The notes below the pieces were generated by a model that saw only the letters and a list, made by a program, of their open reading frames with translations, did no database searches and was not told the origin of the DNA. This document shows positions 24,772-34,271 of a stretch of DNA of 47,797 bases, one piece after another (position 1 is the first letter of the stretch; each line of letters starts with the position of its first letter). A program made the translations under genes and the position numbers. Source of the stretch: a virus (Duplodnaviria; Heunggongvirae; Uroviricota; Caudoviricetes); the IMG/VR virus record IMGVR_UViG_2571042438_000008. One strand, given 5' to 3'.

Positions 24772-24798
24772 AGCCTCGGCAATTGCCGGGGCTTTTTT
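24772..24798 (+). terminator. Intrinsic terminator
   Basis: AGCCTCGGC-AATT-GCCGGGGCT stem-loop followed by T6. Confidence 0.8.
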
Positions 24799-24823
24799 AC
24801 ATCCAGACAAAGGAGAACATGGG

Positions 24824-25123
24824 ATGCCTTCGACAAGCACCAAAAAAGAAATGGCGGTTAGTGATGTGCTTTACGCGCTTTCGACTATATGTGACGGAGC
24901 AATGATGAGGATGAAAGTCCTCCGTGAAGCATACGGAAAAAGTCACGATGAGGCAGCTAAAGAATGCCTGAATGAGATTGTGGACTTCATTGATAACCAT
25001 CGTTCAGTTATATCGCGTCAACCGACAGAGTCGTCCATCACGATTAGCGCACCGGTTATCAATATATCAGTAACTGCGGCGTGTAAATCAGCAGCGGAAG
25101 ATGATCGTGCTTATGCCGAGTGA
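24824..25123 (+). CDS. Hypothetical protein
   Basis: 99-aa ORF preceded by AGGAGA. Confidence 0.4.
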   Translation: MPSTSTKKEMAVSDVLYALSTICDGAMMRMKVLREAYGKSHDEAAKECLNEIVDFIDNHRSVISRQPTESSITISAPVINISVTAACKSAAEDDRAYAE

Positions 25124-25313
25124 TTTGTTCTGGTTTCCGCTTCCAATAAGAGATTTGTTGGTATTTCTGGCTGGCGCTTACGTCTGGAGAAAAGCGAAAG
25201 ACACCTCGTTATCTTTGAGGTTTGTCTTAGCTATATCGGTAGGAACCGCGCTGGGTACGGCGTATCTCTTGATATTACTGGAGGTATTCATTGAAAAATG
25301 GATAGTTTCATGA
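25101..25313 (+). CDS. Small membrane protein
   Basis: Two hydrophobic segments. Confidence 0.35.
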   Translation: MIVLMPSDLFWFPLPIRDLLVFLAGAYVWRKAKDTSLSLRFVLAISVGTALGTAYLLILLEVFIEKWIVS

Positions 25314-25463
25314 ATGGTCTTGGCATTTTTCTGATGATTGTGGCCGTGTGTTTTTGTATCTCGCTGGTGGTTATTGCTGGTGTCCTGTGGCGCATCTTAG
25401 TGGCGCAGAGAGCTTTTCGGCTTAAGCGGGAGCAAATGCGCCTTGATTTCTATCGAAAGTAAC
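25311..25463 (+). CDS. Small membrane protein (50 aa; MNGLGIFLMIVAVCFCISLVVIAGVLW...)
   Basis: Hand-translated ORF below the track size cutoff; hydrophobic core then a basic tail; terminator follows. Confidence 0.3.
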
Positions 25464-25470
25464 TCTTACA

Positions 25471-25499
25471 GCCTCGCGGTGTCGCGGGGCTTTTATTTT
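25471..25499 (+). terminator. Intrinsic terminator
   Basis: GCCTCGCG-GTGT-CGCGGGGC stem-loop followed by TTTTATTTT. Confidence 0.75.
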
Positions 25500-25591
25500 C
25501 AGGTGATGTTATGGAAAAGAAAGAAGATAAACCGATTGCCATTGGTGCAGAGTCTGTTCCGTTTAAGTTTGAATGATCCCAACTGGTAACA

Positions 25592-25921
25592 ATGCGTATC
25601 AGTGAAGAGTGGGGAGAAGTACAAGCCCGTGCTCAGTATGCAAATGGCGAAAACCAGTATTTGATTCACTATCAGGCGGCTGATGGTCGTGCTACCACAG
25701 AGTGGTTCGGTGAATCGATGTTGATTGCGATGGAAGATGATCGTTATCCAGGCTGCCCTGTTTTTGCCTGTGTTGATTTGCCAGAAGGCGCGGTACTTGA
25801 AGACGACAAAGAAGAATGCTCGTCTGATGGCGAACTTGTCATTACCGGAATCGTTGATGGTAAGCCGGAATACTCTCGTATTGAGGTAAATAACGGCCGC
25901 ATCCGTTTGATCCCTGCGTAA
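25592..25921 (+). CDS. Hypothetical acidic protein
   Basis: 109-aa ORF. Confidence 0.4.
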   Translation: MRISEEWGEVQARAQYANGENQYLIHYQAADGRATTEWFGESMLIAMEDDRYPGCPVFACVDLPEGAVLEDDKEECSSDGELVITGIVDGKPEYSRIEVNNGRIRLIPA

Positions 25922-26155
25922 CGCATTACAGCAGCTCTTGTGCTTATCAGGGGCTGCGATAATGCGCAAACCAAAGCTGCCTCATTAACTCCAGCTCGCT
26001 GTGGAGTTAATGCTGGTGGCTTTTTTATTACTGGAAGGTGGGCGACCGCCGTCAGTTGCGACCTGACGACAGTCATTCATACCCACAGGGTGCCGTGGAT
26101 ACAAACCGAGGCCCACTTGCTTGCACAAGCGAGGGGATTTTAGCGGATAAACGGC

Positions 26156-26779
26156 ATGACAAAACATCTTAATGTGGTTTCTTTACCACTTTCTGTGTTG
26201 ATTGGTTATGAAAAGAACGCTCGCACACACTCCGTGGAGCAGGTAGATCAGATTGTTGCCAGCATACAGGAGTACGGATGGACTAATCCGATCCTGATAG
26301 ACGAGAACAACGTTGTAATTGCTGGTCATGGTCGAATTGCTGCGGCCACTCAGTTGGGGATGGATGAGGTTCCCTGCATTGTTCTGGAAGGGCTAACGGA
26401 GAATCAGAAGAAGGCATATCGTCTGGCCGACAACCGTATTCCGCTGAATGCTGGTTGGGATGAAGAGTTGTTAAGCGCGGAGCTTGCAGATCTTGCGGCC
26501 GATGATTTTGCTCTGGACTCAATTGGTTTTACTCAGCGCGAACTGGATAACTTATTGAGTGCGGCGGTCTACGATGACACAGAGGGTATGGATATCCCAT
26601 TTGAGAAGGATGAGGCCAAATCAGGCGTAAAAGTTCAGTACCTGTCATTTGGAGGTCATAAAATCCCGGCAACGGATGAGGAAGCGGATCGTTTTGACTG
26701 CGCGGTGTCTCGTTATGTTGATGATAATGGCAGCTATATCGGATTTGTATCCGCATTGCTGGCTGGGGAGGTGTGCTGA
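26156..26779 (+). CDS. ParB N-terminal (ParB/Srx nuclease-like) domain protein, paralog 1
   Basis: LIDENNVVIAGHGRIAAATQLGMDEVPCIVL; paralogous to 29446..30036. Confidence 0.7.
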   Translation: MTKHLNVVSLPLSVLIGYEKNARTHSVEQVDQIVASIQEYGWTNPILIDENNVVIAGHGRIAAATQLGMDEVPCIVLEGLTENQKKAYRLADNRIPLNAGWDEELLSAELADLAADDFALDSIGFTQRELDNLLSAAVYDDTEGMDIPFEKDEAKSGVKVQYLSFGGHKIPATDEEADRFDCAVSRYVDDNGSYIGFVSALLAGEVC

Positions 26780-28152
26780 TGCTTCACCTCAATTACGACA
26801 TAACGCACCTACGCGGCGCGGAATATAACCCGCGTTTTATCGGTGAGGATGATCTTGCGAGGCTGGCGGAAAGCGTCAGGGAGCTGGGGCTTGTGAAGCC
26901 ATTGATAGTGCGCGGCGATTTGCTGGTGGCGGGACACCAAAGGACGAAGGCGCTACGTAAGTTGGGAATAACGCGTGCTGCGGTGTATGTGTTGCCCTGT
27001 GAAACGACGGTATACGACGAAGTACGGTTTAACCAACTGCATAACGGAACGGATTTTGATAGCGGAGATGAGCGTTGCAGGGTGTCCGGTCTGGAAGATA
27101 AGCATGGTTTTGTTCAGGTATCGGCAAGCCAGATCTCAGGCAATATGCGCGCGAAAATGGCATATGTTCGAAAGAACATAGCGGAACTGGTTATCAAGTA
27201 TGGTCCGTGGGGTGGTTGTGTTGCTACTCAGTCTGGCGAGGTTATTCACTGTGCTCAGTATGCATTAGCAGCGAAGATGACGCGCACACCGCTAACGGTG
27301 TTTGTGATCCCTGATGTTGAGAAGGAAAAATACCAAAGTTATCTGAATAAAACTTATGGTGTATTTGAGTATTCTCATCTGGAGAAAACAACATACATCC
27401 AGACGTATGCGCAGCTTATGCGGTTGCGTAATGGTGGCAGCCTGAAATCAAACCTGTATGAGTCGTTGATCCTCCCGATCATTGCCAAGACGCCAAGAGG
27501 AATTGATTTTGGTTCGGGGCAGGGAGACTACGCGCGAATGCTCAGGGCAAAGGGATATAACCTGCATGATCTCGAGCTTTTCCGCCGTAAGGGCGCTGGA
27601 AACACTCTGGATAGGACCGCAACAAACCGGATGATTGATACGCTGGTGGACGACTTAAAAACGCGAGGGCGTTACGACTACGTGATTTGCGATAGCGTTT
27701 TGAACTCGGTCGATAGTGTCGAGGCTGAATGGTCCGTTCTGACGGTTCTGAAAGGCTTGTGTAAAGCTGGTGGGTCAATATTCTTTTCTGGCCGTAGCCG
27801 TGGAGAGCTGGAAACCGTCCTGAAACAAACACAAGCGGCGAGTTCCAAAAGCCGGCTTTATTTTATTGATCATAACGGTTTTACCGCGTTGTACCGGAAG
27901 GGGCACTGGTTTTACCAGAAGTTTCACTCTGATGATGAAGTGAAGCAGTTGTGTCGTGTACATGGTTTCAGGATTAAGCGGTCAATATTCAACTGTAAGA
28001 GCTGGTATTTGCACGTCATTAACGATGATTCCCTTAGTTGGGCGAGTCTGGAGAAAGCTGTTCGTTTTGAGTTTGAGTTGCCGTTGCCTGGTGGTTCAAC
28101 AATCGGACGATCTGATGATGTGCTGGCGGCTTTCCGGCCGTTGATTAAGTAG
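26773..28152 (+). CDS. ParB N-terminal domain fused to a putative SAM-dependent methyltransferase domain
   Basis: N-terminal LVKPLIVRGDLLVAGHQRTKALRKLG (ParB-like); glycine-rich IDFGSGQGDYARML (motif I-like); no DPPY/NPPY seen. Confidence 0.55.
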   Translation: MLMLHLNYDITHLRGAEYNPRFIGEDDLARLAESVRELGLVKPLIVRGDLLVAGHQRTKALRKLGITRAAVYVLPCETTVYDEVRFNQLHNGTDFDSGDERCRVSGLEDKHGFVQVSASQISGNMRAKMAYVRKNIAELVIKYGPWGGCVATQSGEVIHCAQYALAAKMTRTPLTVFVIPDVEKEKYQSYLNKTYGVFEYSHLEKTTYIQTYAQLMRLRNGGSLKSNLYESLILPIIAKTPRGIDFGSGQGDYARMLRAKGYNLHDLELFRRKGAGNTLDRTATNRMIDTLVDDLKTRGRYDYVICDSVLNSVDSVEAEWSVLTVLKGLCKAGGSIFFSGRSRGELETVLKQTQAASSKSRLYFIDHNGFTALYRKGHWFYQKFHSDDEVKQLCRVHGFRIKRSIFNCKSWYLHVINDDSLSWASLEKAVRFEFELPLPGGSTIGRSDDVLAAFRPLIK

Positions 28153-28168
28153 TGTGTAGGAGGCGCTG

Positions 28169-28888
28169 GTGGCTGACAGAATTGAGATAAAGATGGATTT
28201 TTCTTCTCAGGATATTCAACGACAACTCCAGCGCCTTGAAGAACGCGAATTGCCGTTCGCAATGGCGCTTGCGGCAACCAGAACGGCAAAGGCTTCTCAG
28301 GCTGCGATTAAGAATGAAATTAATCGGGTATTTGACAGGCCCACGCCGTGGATTCAGAACTCTACTTACGTTTTGGCCGCAAAGAAGAGTGATCCTACAG
28401 CCATTGTGTATGCTCGTGAATGGGGAGGAACGCCAGCCCCTGTAACGTTGACTCCGCAAATCGAAGGTGGACAACGACAGTACAAACGCTCAGAAGGGGC
28501 GCTAAGGGCTGGTGGATATTTGCCTAACGGCTGGCAGCTTGCTCCTGGTCCCGGTGCAAAGCTGGACAAATACGGGAATATTTCGCGGGGGCAATTACAG
28601 CAGGTCTTATCTGGCCTAAGAGTTCAGCGAGATGCGCATCAAAATCGCCGTCAGGGCAAGCCTACGGAGTTTTTTGTTGTTCGACCTGGTACAAGTAACC
28701 CGCTTCAACCAGGCGTCTGGCAGCGCGTTGGGCGGCGTCCTACGTTGATCCTTACGTTTATCCAGCAACCTAACTATTCGCAGCGTCTTGATTGGCATGG
28801 CGTGGCGCTGCGTGCTGGTGAGGATGCGTTTGCTGATGAAGTCACAAAGGCTATTGATGACATTCTTTCTAAGACTTTCTCTCGTTAA
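28169..28888 (+). CDS. Hypothetical protein
   Basis: 239-aa ORF after the ParB-methyltransferase fusion. Confidence 0.45.
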   Translation: MADRIEIKMDFSSQDIQRQLQRLEERELPFAMALAATRTAKASQAAIKNEINRVFDRPTPWIQNSTYVLAAKKSDPTAIVYAREWGGTPAPVTLTPQIEGGQRQYKRSEGALRAGGYLPNGWQLAPGPGAKLDKYGNISRGQLQQVLSGLRVQRDAHQNRRQGKPTEFFVVRPGTSNPLQPGVWQRVGRRPTLILTFIQQPNYSQRLDWHGVALRAGEDAFADEVTKAIDDILSKTFSR

Positions 28889-29445
28889 TCATCGTGTGGT
28901 TGATGGTGTTGTTATGCAGAGTGTATTCACTGTGTTCTGTAGCGTCGCTCGCTGGCTGTCTGTGGGTGGGCACGAGCATCGTTTCATCGTCCGGCAGAAT
29001 TGGGTCCTTCTGGCCAAAAGCGTTGGATGCGGGTCATTCGAACCCCGATGTTCGGCTAGCTAAACGTGAAAAAAGTTAGGTTAAAAGTTGCGGTAAAAGA
29101 AATTTACCCATCTCATTGAAAAATATTGGGAAAACGTGATTTTTTGCTGTGCTTGTGATGGTGAAAAGAAAGTAGAGAATTTTCTTTTAGATCATCAAGA
29201 TACGCGCAGATCTTTAACCAATGCAAGGCTGTTTTGATAAAAATCTTTATAAATCATGCAAATACATCCAATCTTTTAACCAAAACACCATCGGAAGATC
29301 CTTTTTACTTATAAAAACTTAATAAAACCAGATAATTATGCTGGTTTGTGTGATTTTTTATGAGTAAAAAGATCGTCATTTTTCTCTTTTAGTATCAATA
29401 AGTTAAACATTTTTCTTTAACCTGTTGTGTTATGGCGGTTAAAAA

Positions 29446-30036
29446 ATGGCTCTAAAAATCGAATATTTACCAGTCGGTAAGCTGCTCAGATATGCCAAAA
29501 ATTCACGGACTCATTCAGATGAGCAAGTTGAACAGTTGGTGAACAGTATCCGTGAGTTCGGTTTCACTAATCCTGTGCTGATCGATGAAAAGAATGAACT
29601 GATTGCGGGGCATGGGCGGCTTGCAGCAGCCGAAATTCTGGAAATGGATAAAGTTCCGGCGATTCGGTTGAGTAACCTTTCTGAAAAACAGAAGAAGGCG
29701 TACAGGATTGCAGATAACAAGCTGGCCTTAAATGCTGGCTGGGATATGCAGCTTCTGGCCGAAGAAGTCAAAGAGTTAATGGATGATGATTTTGATATTG
29801 ATCTGCTTGGGTTTAATGATGCAGAGCTTGACGAAATGTTAAGCGATGAACAGCCGCAGGAAGAAGACGATAATTCTTCCCCTGTTGTTCAAATTAAGTA
29901 CCTGGCTATTGATAAAGAACGTATTCCCGCGACGGATATGGAAATTGCATTGTTGCTGGATGTTTATCGTCAGTACCACGACGCGCATGAAACGCATGAG
30001 GGATTTGTTCAGTATCTTGCTAATGGTTGCAAGTAA
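29446..30036 (+). CDS. ParB N-terminal domain protein, paralog 2, immediately upstream of terminase
   Basis: LIDEKNELIAGHGRLAAAEILEMDKVPAIRL; clearly alignable with paralog 1 over the N-terminal ~110 aa by eye. Confidence 0.7.
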   Translation: MALKIEYLPVGKLLRYAKNSRTHSDEQVEQLVNSIREFGFTNPVLIDEKNELIAGHGRLAAAEILEMDKVPAIRLSNLSEKQKKAYRIADNKLALNAGWDMQLLAEEVKELMDDDFDIDLLGFNDAELDEMLSDEQPQEEDDNSSPVVQIKYLAIDKERIPATDMEIALLLDVYRQYHDAHETHEGFVQYLANGCK

Positions 30037-30587
30037 TGGCCATCGTCAGTAAGTCAGAGTTTGCCCGCCGGAAAGGTATTTCTCCGGCAATGGTTACGAA
30101 GCTCTGTCGTTCCGGTCGCATTCCAGTGCTGAAAAGCGGCAAGCTGGATTTTGATAAAGCCAGTGCGGCTTATGAAGCGAGCCGACAGGTTGGTCGTGAG
30201 GTATCTGCTGAAAATGGAAAAAGAGGGCATGGGATATCTTCGGAACAACCAGAGTTACCCGCTGATGATGCCGGATTAGCTGGTGGTACTTCCGGTGTTG
30301 CGGTGCAATTCAACAAGGCTAAGACCGCAGAAAAAATTTATCAGGCAAAGCTGAAACGCCTTGAATTTGAAGAAAAGGAAGGCTCTCTCATCGCTAAAGA
30401 TGCGGTCAGGGATGATGCATTTCTGGCAGCTAATGAATTGCGTAGCCGCTTATTTAGTATTGCTCCAAGAGCAGCTCCCCGTTGTGAAGGCAAAACAGCC
30501 AGGGAGATCGAACGCATTATTGAAGACGAGATTAATTTTGCGCTTCAGGCGCTCCAGGAATCCCGATTTATTAAGCAGGAAGAATAA
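30027..30587 (+). CDS. Terminase small subunit (Nu1-like, putative)
   Basis: N-terminal HTH-like SKSEFARRKGISPAMVTKLCRSGRIP; directly upstream of the large terminase; alternative start ATG 30036. Confidence 0.6.
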   Translation: MQVMAIVSKSEFARRKGISPAMVTKLCRSGRIPVLKSGKLDFDKASAAYEASRQVGREVSAENGKRGHGISSEQPELPADDAGLAGGTSGVAVQFNKAKTAEKIYQAKLKRLEFEEKEGSLIAKDAVRDDAFLAANELRSRLFSIAPRAAPRCEGKTAREIERIIEDEINFALQALQESRFIKQEE

Positions 30588-30592
30588 ACCTC

Positions 30593-32449
30593 ATGGGCGA
30601 AACAGTATGGAGCACCGCTTTTTTCCGTGCGCTTCGCCCTAAATCACGGCTAACTGTTTCCGAATGGGCTGATAAGTATCGTCATGTAGCGCCGGGAACG
30701 TCTCCAGAGCCAGGGCCGTGGCGTACAAGCCGAGTGCCATATTTGCGTGAACCAATGGATGTTATTGGTGACGCTGATACAGAAACAGTAGTGATGCAAT
30801 GTAGCTCGCAAATTGGTAAATCCGAATTACAGCTAAATGTTATGGGTTACTTTGCAGATCAGGAGCCATCTCCTCAGTTGATGATTTATCCAACGGTAGA
30901 GGCGGCTGAGGCTTTTTCAAAGGAGCGTATTGATCCGACGTTCAAATATTCCCCTGGTTTGAAACACAAGCTGCATGAAGGGAAAGAGGGGCGCGGTGCA
31001 GCCAAAAAGTCCAGCACGACTATACGTATGAAGCATTACGCTGGTGGATATATAGCACTTGTTGGTGCTAATTCCCCAGCAGGTCTTGCATCCAGGCCAA
31101 TTCGAATACTGTTAGCTGATGAGATTGATCGTTACGGTGTGACGCAGGAGGGCGACCCACTAAAACTAGGTATTCAGCGTACTACCAACTTTCATAATCG
31201 TAAGAAAGTTTTTGTTTCTACTCCTGTTTTGGAGGAAACGAGCAAAATCCACAAGTGGTTTAAGCTCTCCGATCAGCGTTACTACCATGTTCCTTGCCCA
31301 TGTTGTGGCACCATGCAGGTGATGAAATGGTCGCAAGTCAGATGGGATAAGAGCGATTCAGGTGAGGCGTTACCGGAAACGGCCAGATATGAGTGCTGTG
31401 AGTGCGGCGGGATTATGCGCGGATCTGGTAAACCAGACGTTGATTGGTTGGCGAAGGGGGTATGGATAGCTGAACATACTGGAGTTAAAGGTATTGTTGG
31501 TTTTCATATTAACAGTCTTTACTCCCCGTGGGTTGCATTGTCAGAGCTGGTTGAAGAATTTACGGAAGCAACCAGAAACCGCGATAAAAATGGATTAATG
31601 GAGTTTATTAACCTTAAGCTGGGTGAGCCATGGAAAGAGGATGCTAAAGACGATATCGATCCTGAATACTTGTTGCAACGCAGAATAAGGTTTGAAGAGT
31701 TTTTACCAGATGATGTTTTATTGTTAAGTGCTGGTGTTGACGTACAGGACACGTATTTAGTTTGTGAATTGGTCGGTTGGGGAAAAGGTAAGGAGTCATG
31801 GGGGATAGAATATAAAATATTCCCAGGTGATCCCGCACAAGATGTTGTCTGGAAACAACTTGATGAATACTTACTCCGTAGCTGGTCATTCCGTGACGGT
31901 CGAAAATTACAGATTTCTTCCGTTTGTATTGACTCTGGTGGGCATTTTACGACAGAGGTATATCGCTTTACTAAGCCGAGAGAATCAAGGCGAATATACT
32001 CTATCAGGGGGCGTGGTGGGGTAGGTTTACCGTTTATAGGAAAGCCAAGTAATAATAACCGTGTGGGTGCTATGTTGTTTAATTTGGGGGTTGATGATGG
32101 TAAAGGGACCATCATGGCAAGAATTAAACTACATGATCCTGGTCCTGGTTATATGCATTTCCCATTAGATTCTGACAGAGGATATGATACCGAATACTTT
32201 AAAGGATTATTATCAGAGAAGAAAATATTTGAATATAAAAATGGGCAGACAAAAGAAAAGTGGGTAAAAGTCTACGAGCGTAACGAGCCTCTTGATTGCC
32301 GTAACTATGCAACTGCCGCGATGGAAATTCTGAACCCTAATTTTAACTGGCTTGCCGAACAGGAAATGCGAGGTAATGTGTATGTGCAGAACTCGTCAGG
32401 TATACGTAGAAGACGCCGTAGAGTTATAAGTAAAGGCGTAACCATATAG
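30593..32449 (+). CDS. Terminase large subunit (lambda gpA family)
   Basis: 618 aa; gpA-like motifs in the translation (VSEWADKYRHV..., LADEIDRY); position before gpW-like and portal. Confidence 0.85.
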   Translation: MGETVWSTAFFRALRPKSRLTVSEWADKYRHVAPGTSPEPGPWRTSRVPYLREPMDVIGDADTETVVMQCSSQIGKSELQLNVMGYFADQEPSPQLMIYPTVEAAEAFSKERIDPTFKYSPGLKHKLHEGKEGRGAAKKSSTTIRMKHYAGGYIALVGANSPAGLASRPIRILLADEIDRYGVTQEGDPLKLGIQRTTNFHNRKKVFVSTPVLEETSKIHKWFKLSDQRYYHVPCPCCGTMQVMKWSQVRWDKSDSGEALPETARYECCECGGIMRGSGKPDVDWLAKGVWIAEHTGVKGIVGFHINSLYSPWVALSELVEEFTEATRNRDKNGLMEFINLKLGEPWKEDAKDDIDPEYLLQRRIRFEEFLPDDVLLLSAGVDVQDTYLVCELVGWGKGKESWGIEYKIFPGDPAQDVVWKQLDEYLLRSWSFRDGRKLQISSVCIDSGGHFTTEVYRFTKPRESRRIYSIRGRGGVGLPFIGKPSNNNRVGAMLFNLGVDDGKGTIMARIKLHDPGPGYMHFPLDSDRGYDTEYFKGLLSEKKIFEYKNGQTKEKWVKVYERNEPLDCRNYATAAMEILNPNFNWLAEQEMRGNVYVQNSSGIRRRRRRVISKGVTI

Positions 32450-32460
32450 AGGAAATATAA

Positions 32461-32700
32461 ATGAACAATGAAGCATTTTCTCTGACTGAAGCCAGAGAGA
32501 TGTTATCTGTCTGGCGGGAAGCATATCGCGCTATTGCTATTGGCGGTCAGTCATATAAATTTGGTACGCGGCAGTTAACTCGTGCGGATTTATCAGAAGT
32601 CAGAAAAGAGATGGATTACTGGCGTAATGAAGTAGAAAGATTATCAGCAGGTATACGCCGAGGCCCACGAATTAAACGAGTGGTGATAAGAGATTTATGA
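32461..32700 (+). CDS. Head-tail joining protein (lambda gpW-like)
   Basis: 79-aa ORF between terminase and portal, as in lambda. Confidence 0.5.
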   Translation: MNNEAFSLTEAREMLSVWREAYRAIAIGGQSYKFGTRQLTRADLSEVRKEMDYWRNEVERLSAGIRRGPRIKRVVIRDL

Positions 32701-34271
32701 ATATTCTTGATCGAGTTATTGCGCCGTTTTCACCTCAGAGGGCATTAAATCGAGCTTTGGCAAGAAAACGGTTAGAAGCACTTGAAGGTATTAATAACCT
32801 TGGATATTCACGTCATGGTGCAAGCACTCATAAAAAATCATTAAGGGGTTGGTTTAGTAAAGCTGGTTCTCCTGATGATGATATTGTTAAAAATATAGAT
32901 AAATTGCGTGAGCGTTCTCGTGATCTCTTCATGGGAAACCCGCTATCGGTTGGCGCAATAAAAACTATCAGGACAAACGTTGTTGGTTCCGGTTTAAAAC
33001 TAAATGCGAACATTGATGCCGATTTCTTGGGGATGACGCAGGAAGAAGCGCGAGCATGGGAAAAGCATGTTGAGCGTGAGTTTAGATTATGGGCTGATTC
33101 TCCAAATTGTGATGCATCAAGAATGTGTACTTTTGGACAATTGCAATCATTGGTCCAAATATCTGCGTTAACATCTGGCGATATATTTGCTGCGCTACCA
33201 GTTATTAAGCGTAAGGGTGTTATATATGATTTGTGCGTCTATTTAATTGAAGGTGATCGTGTTTGCAATCCAGAGGATCGTTTTATACCAAATCTTTACG
33301 GTGGCGTAGAGGTTGGTGAATTTAGCGAGCCTGTGGCGTACTGGGTTGCAAAACATCACCCAGCCGGGACTTCTGGTTTTGTAACCCGCAAGTGGGAACG
33401 TATTCCCGCATATGGGAGTAAAACAGGAAGAAGAAATATTCTGCATGTCATGCAGGATTTTGAAAGGCCTGGGCAACGCCGTGGCGTTCCTGTCCTTGCT
33501 CCTGTAATTGAAGCATTGAAGCAGTTAGGACGATACACCGATGCTGAATTGGTTGCTGCGGTTGTGTCAGGGATGTTTACTGTCTTTATTAAAACAGACG
33601 CTCCTGATGGGCCAGTCGGTGAATCGGGTATCCCTCAGTACGAGCAGATCGATAACCATGATGATAACACCCAAGAAATGGGGAATGGCTCCATAGTAAG
33701 TTTGGGTGAAGGTGAGTCGATAGATACAGCAAATCCCGGGCGACCAAATACGGCATTTGATGGTTTTGTTGTCGCCATATGCCGTCAAATTGGGGCTGCT
33801 TTAGAACTCCCTTACGAACTCTTGGTAAAGCATTTTACAGCAAGTTATAGCGCAAGCAGGGCCGCATTACTTGAAGCCTGGAAAATGTTCCGTATGCGAC
33901 GTGACTGGATGGTTCAGTCATTTTGCCAACCGATCTATGAGGAATGGTTGGCCGAAGCCGTTGCTAAAGGTCGTGTTATTGCCCCTGGTTTTTTTTATGG
34001 GCCTGAATATCGCGCTGCATGGAGTGGCGCTCAATGGTATGGCCCATCACAAGGCCAATTAGATCCCCTTAAAGAAGTCAAAGCTGCAAAACTGCGTGTT
34101 GAGGAAACATTCTCTACCCGTGAAAAAGAAGCGGCTGAAATGTCAGGTCTTAACTGGGAAGAAACCGCACAAATCTGTGGCAGAGAAGAGAATGCTCGCC
34201 GTGAGTTGGGGCTTATTACACCTCCTGTTTCTGAGGTAAATGAACAAAATATGGAGACTGATGATGCCTAA
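32697..34271 (+). CDS. Portal protein (lambda gpB-like)
   Basis: 524 aa; gene order and size. Confidence 0.8.
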   Translation: MNILDRVIAPFSPQRALNRALARKRLEALEGINNLGYSRHGASTHKKSLRGWFSKAGSPDDDIVKNIDKLRERSRDLFMGNPLSVGAIKTIRTNVVGSGLKLNANIDADFLGMTQEEARAWEKHVEREFRLWADSPNCDASRMCTFGQLQSLVQISALTSGDIFAALPVIKRKGVIYDLCVYLIEGDRVCNPEDRFIPNLYGGVEVGEFSEPVAYWVAKHHPAGTSGFVTRKWERIPAYGSKTGRRNILHVMQDFERPGQRRGVPVLAPVIEALKQLGRYTDAELVAAVVSGMFTVFIKTDAPDGPVGESGIPQYEQIDNHDDNTQEMGNGSIVSLGEGESIDTANPGRPNTAFDGFVVAICRQIGAALELPYELLVKHFTASYSASRAALLEAWKMFRMRRDWMVQSFCQPIYEEWLAEAVAKGRVIAPGFFYGPEYRAAWSGAQWYGPSQGQLDPLKEVKAAKLRVEETFSTREKEAAEMSGLNWEETAQICGREENARRELGLITPPVSEVNEQNMETDDA

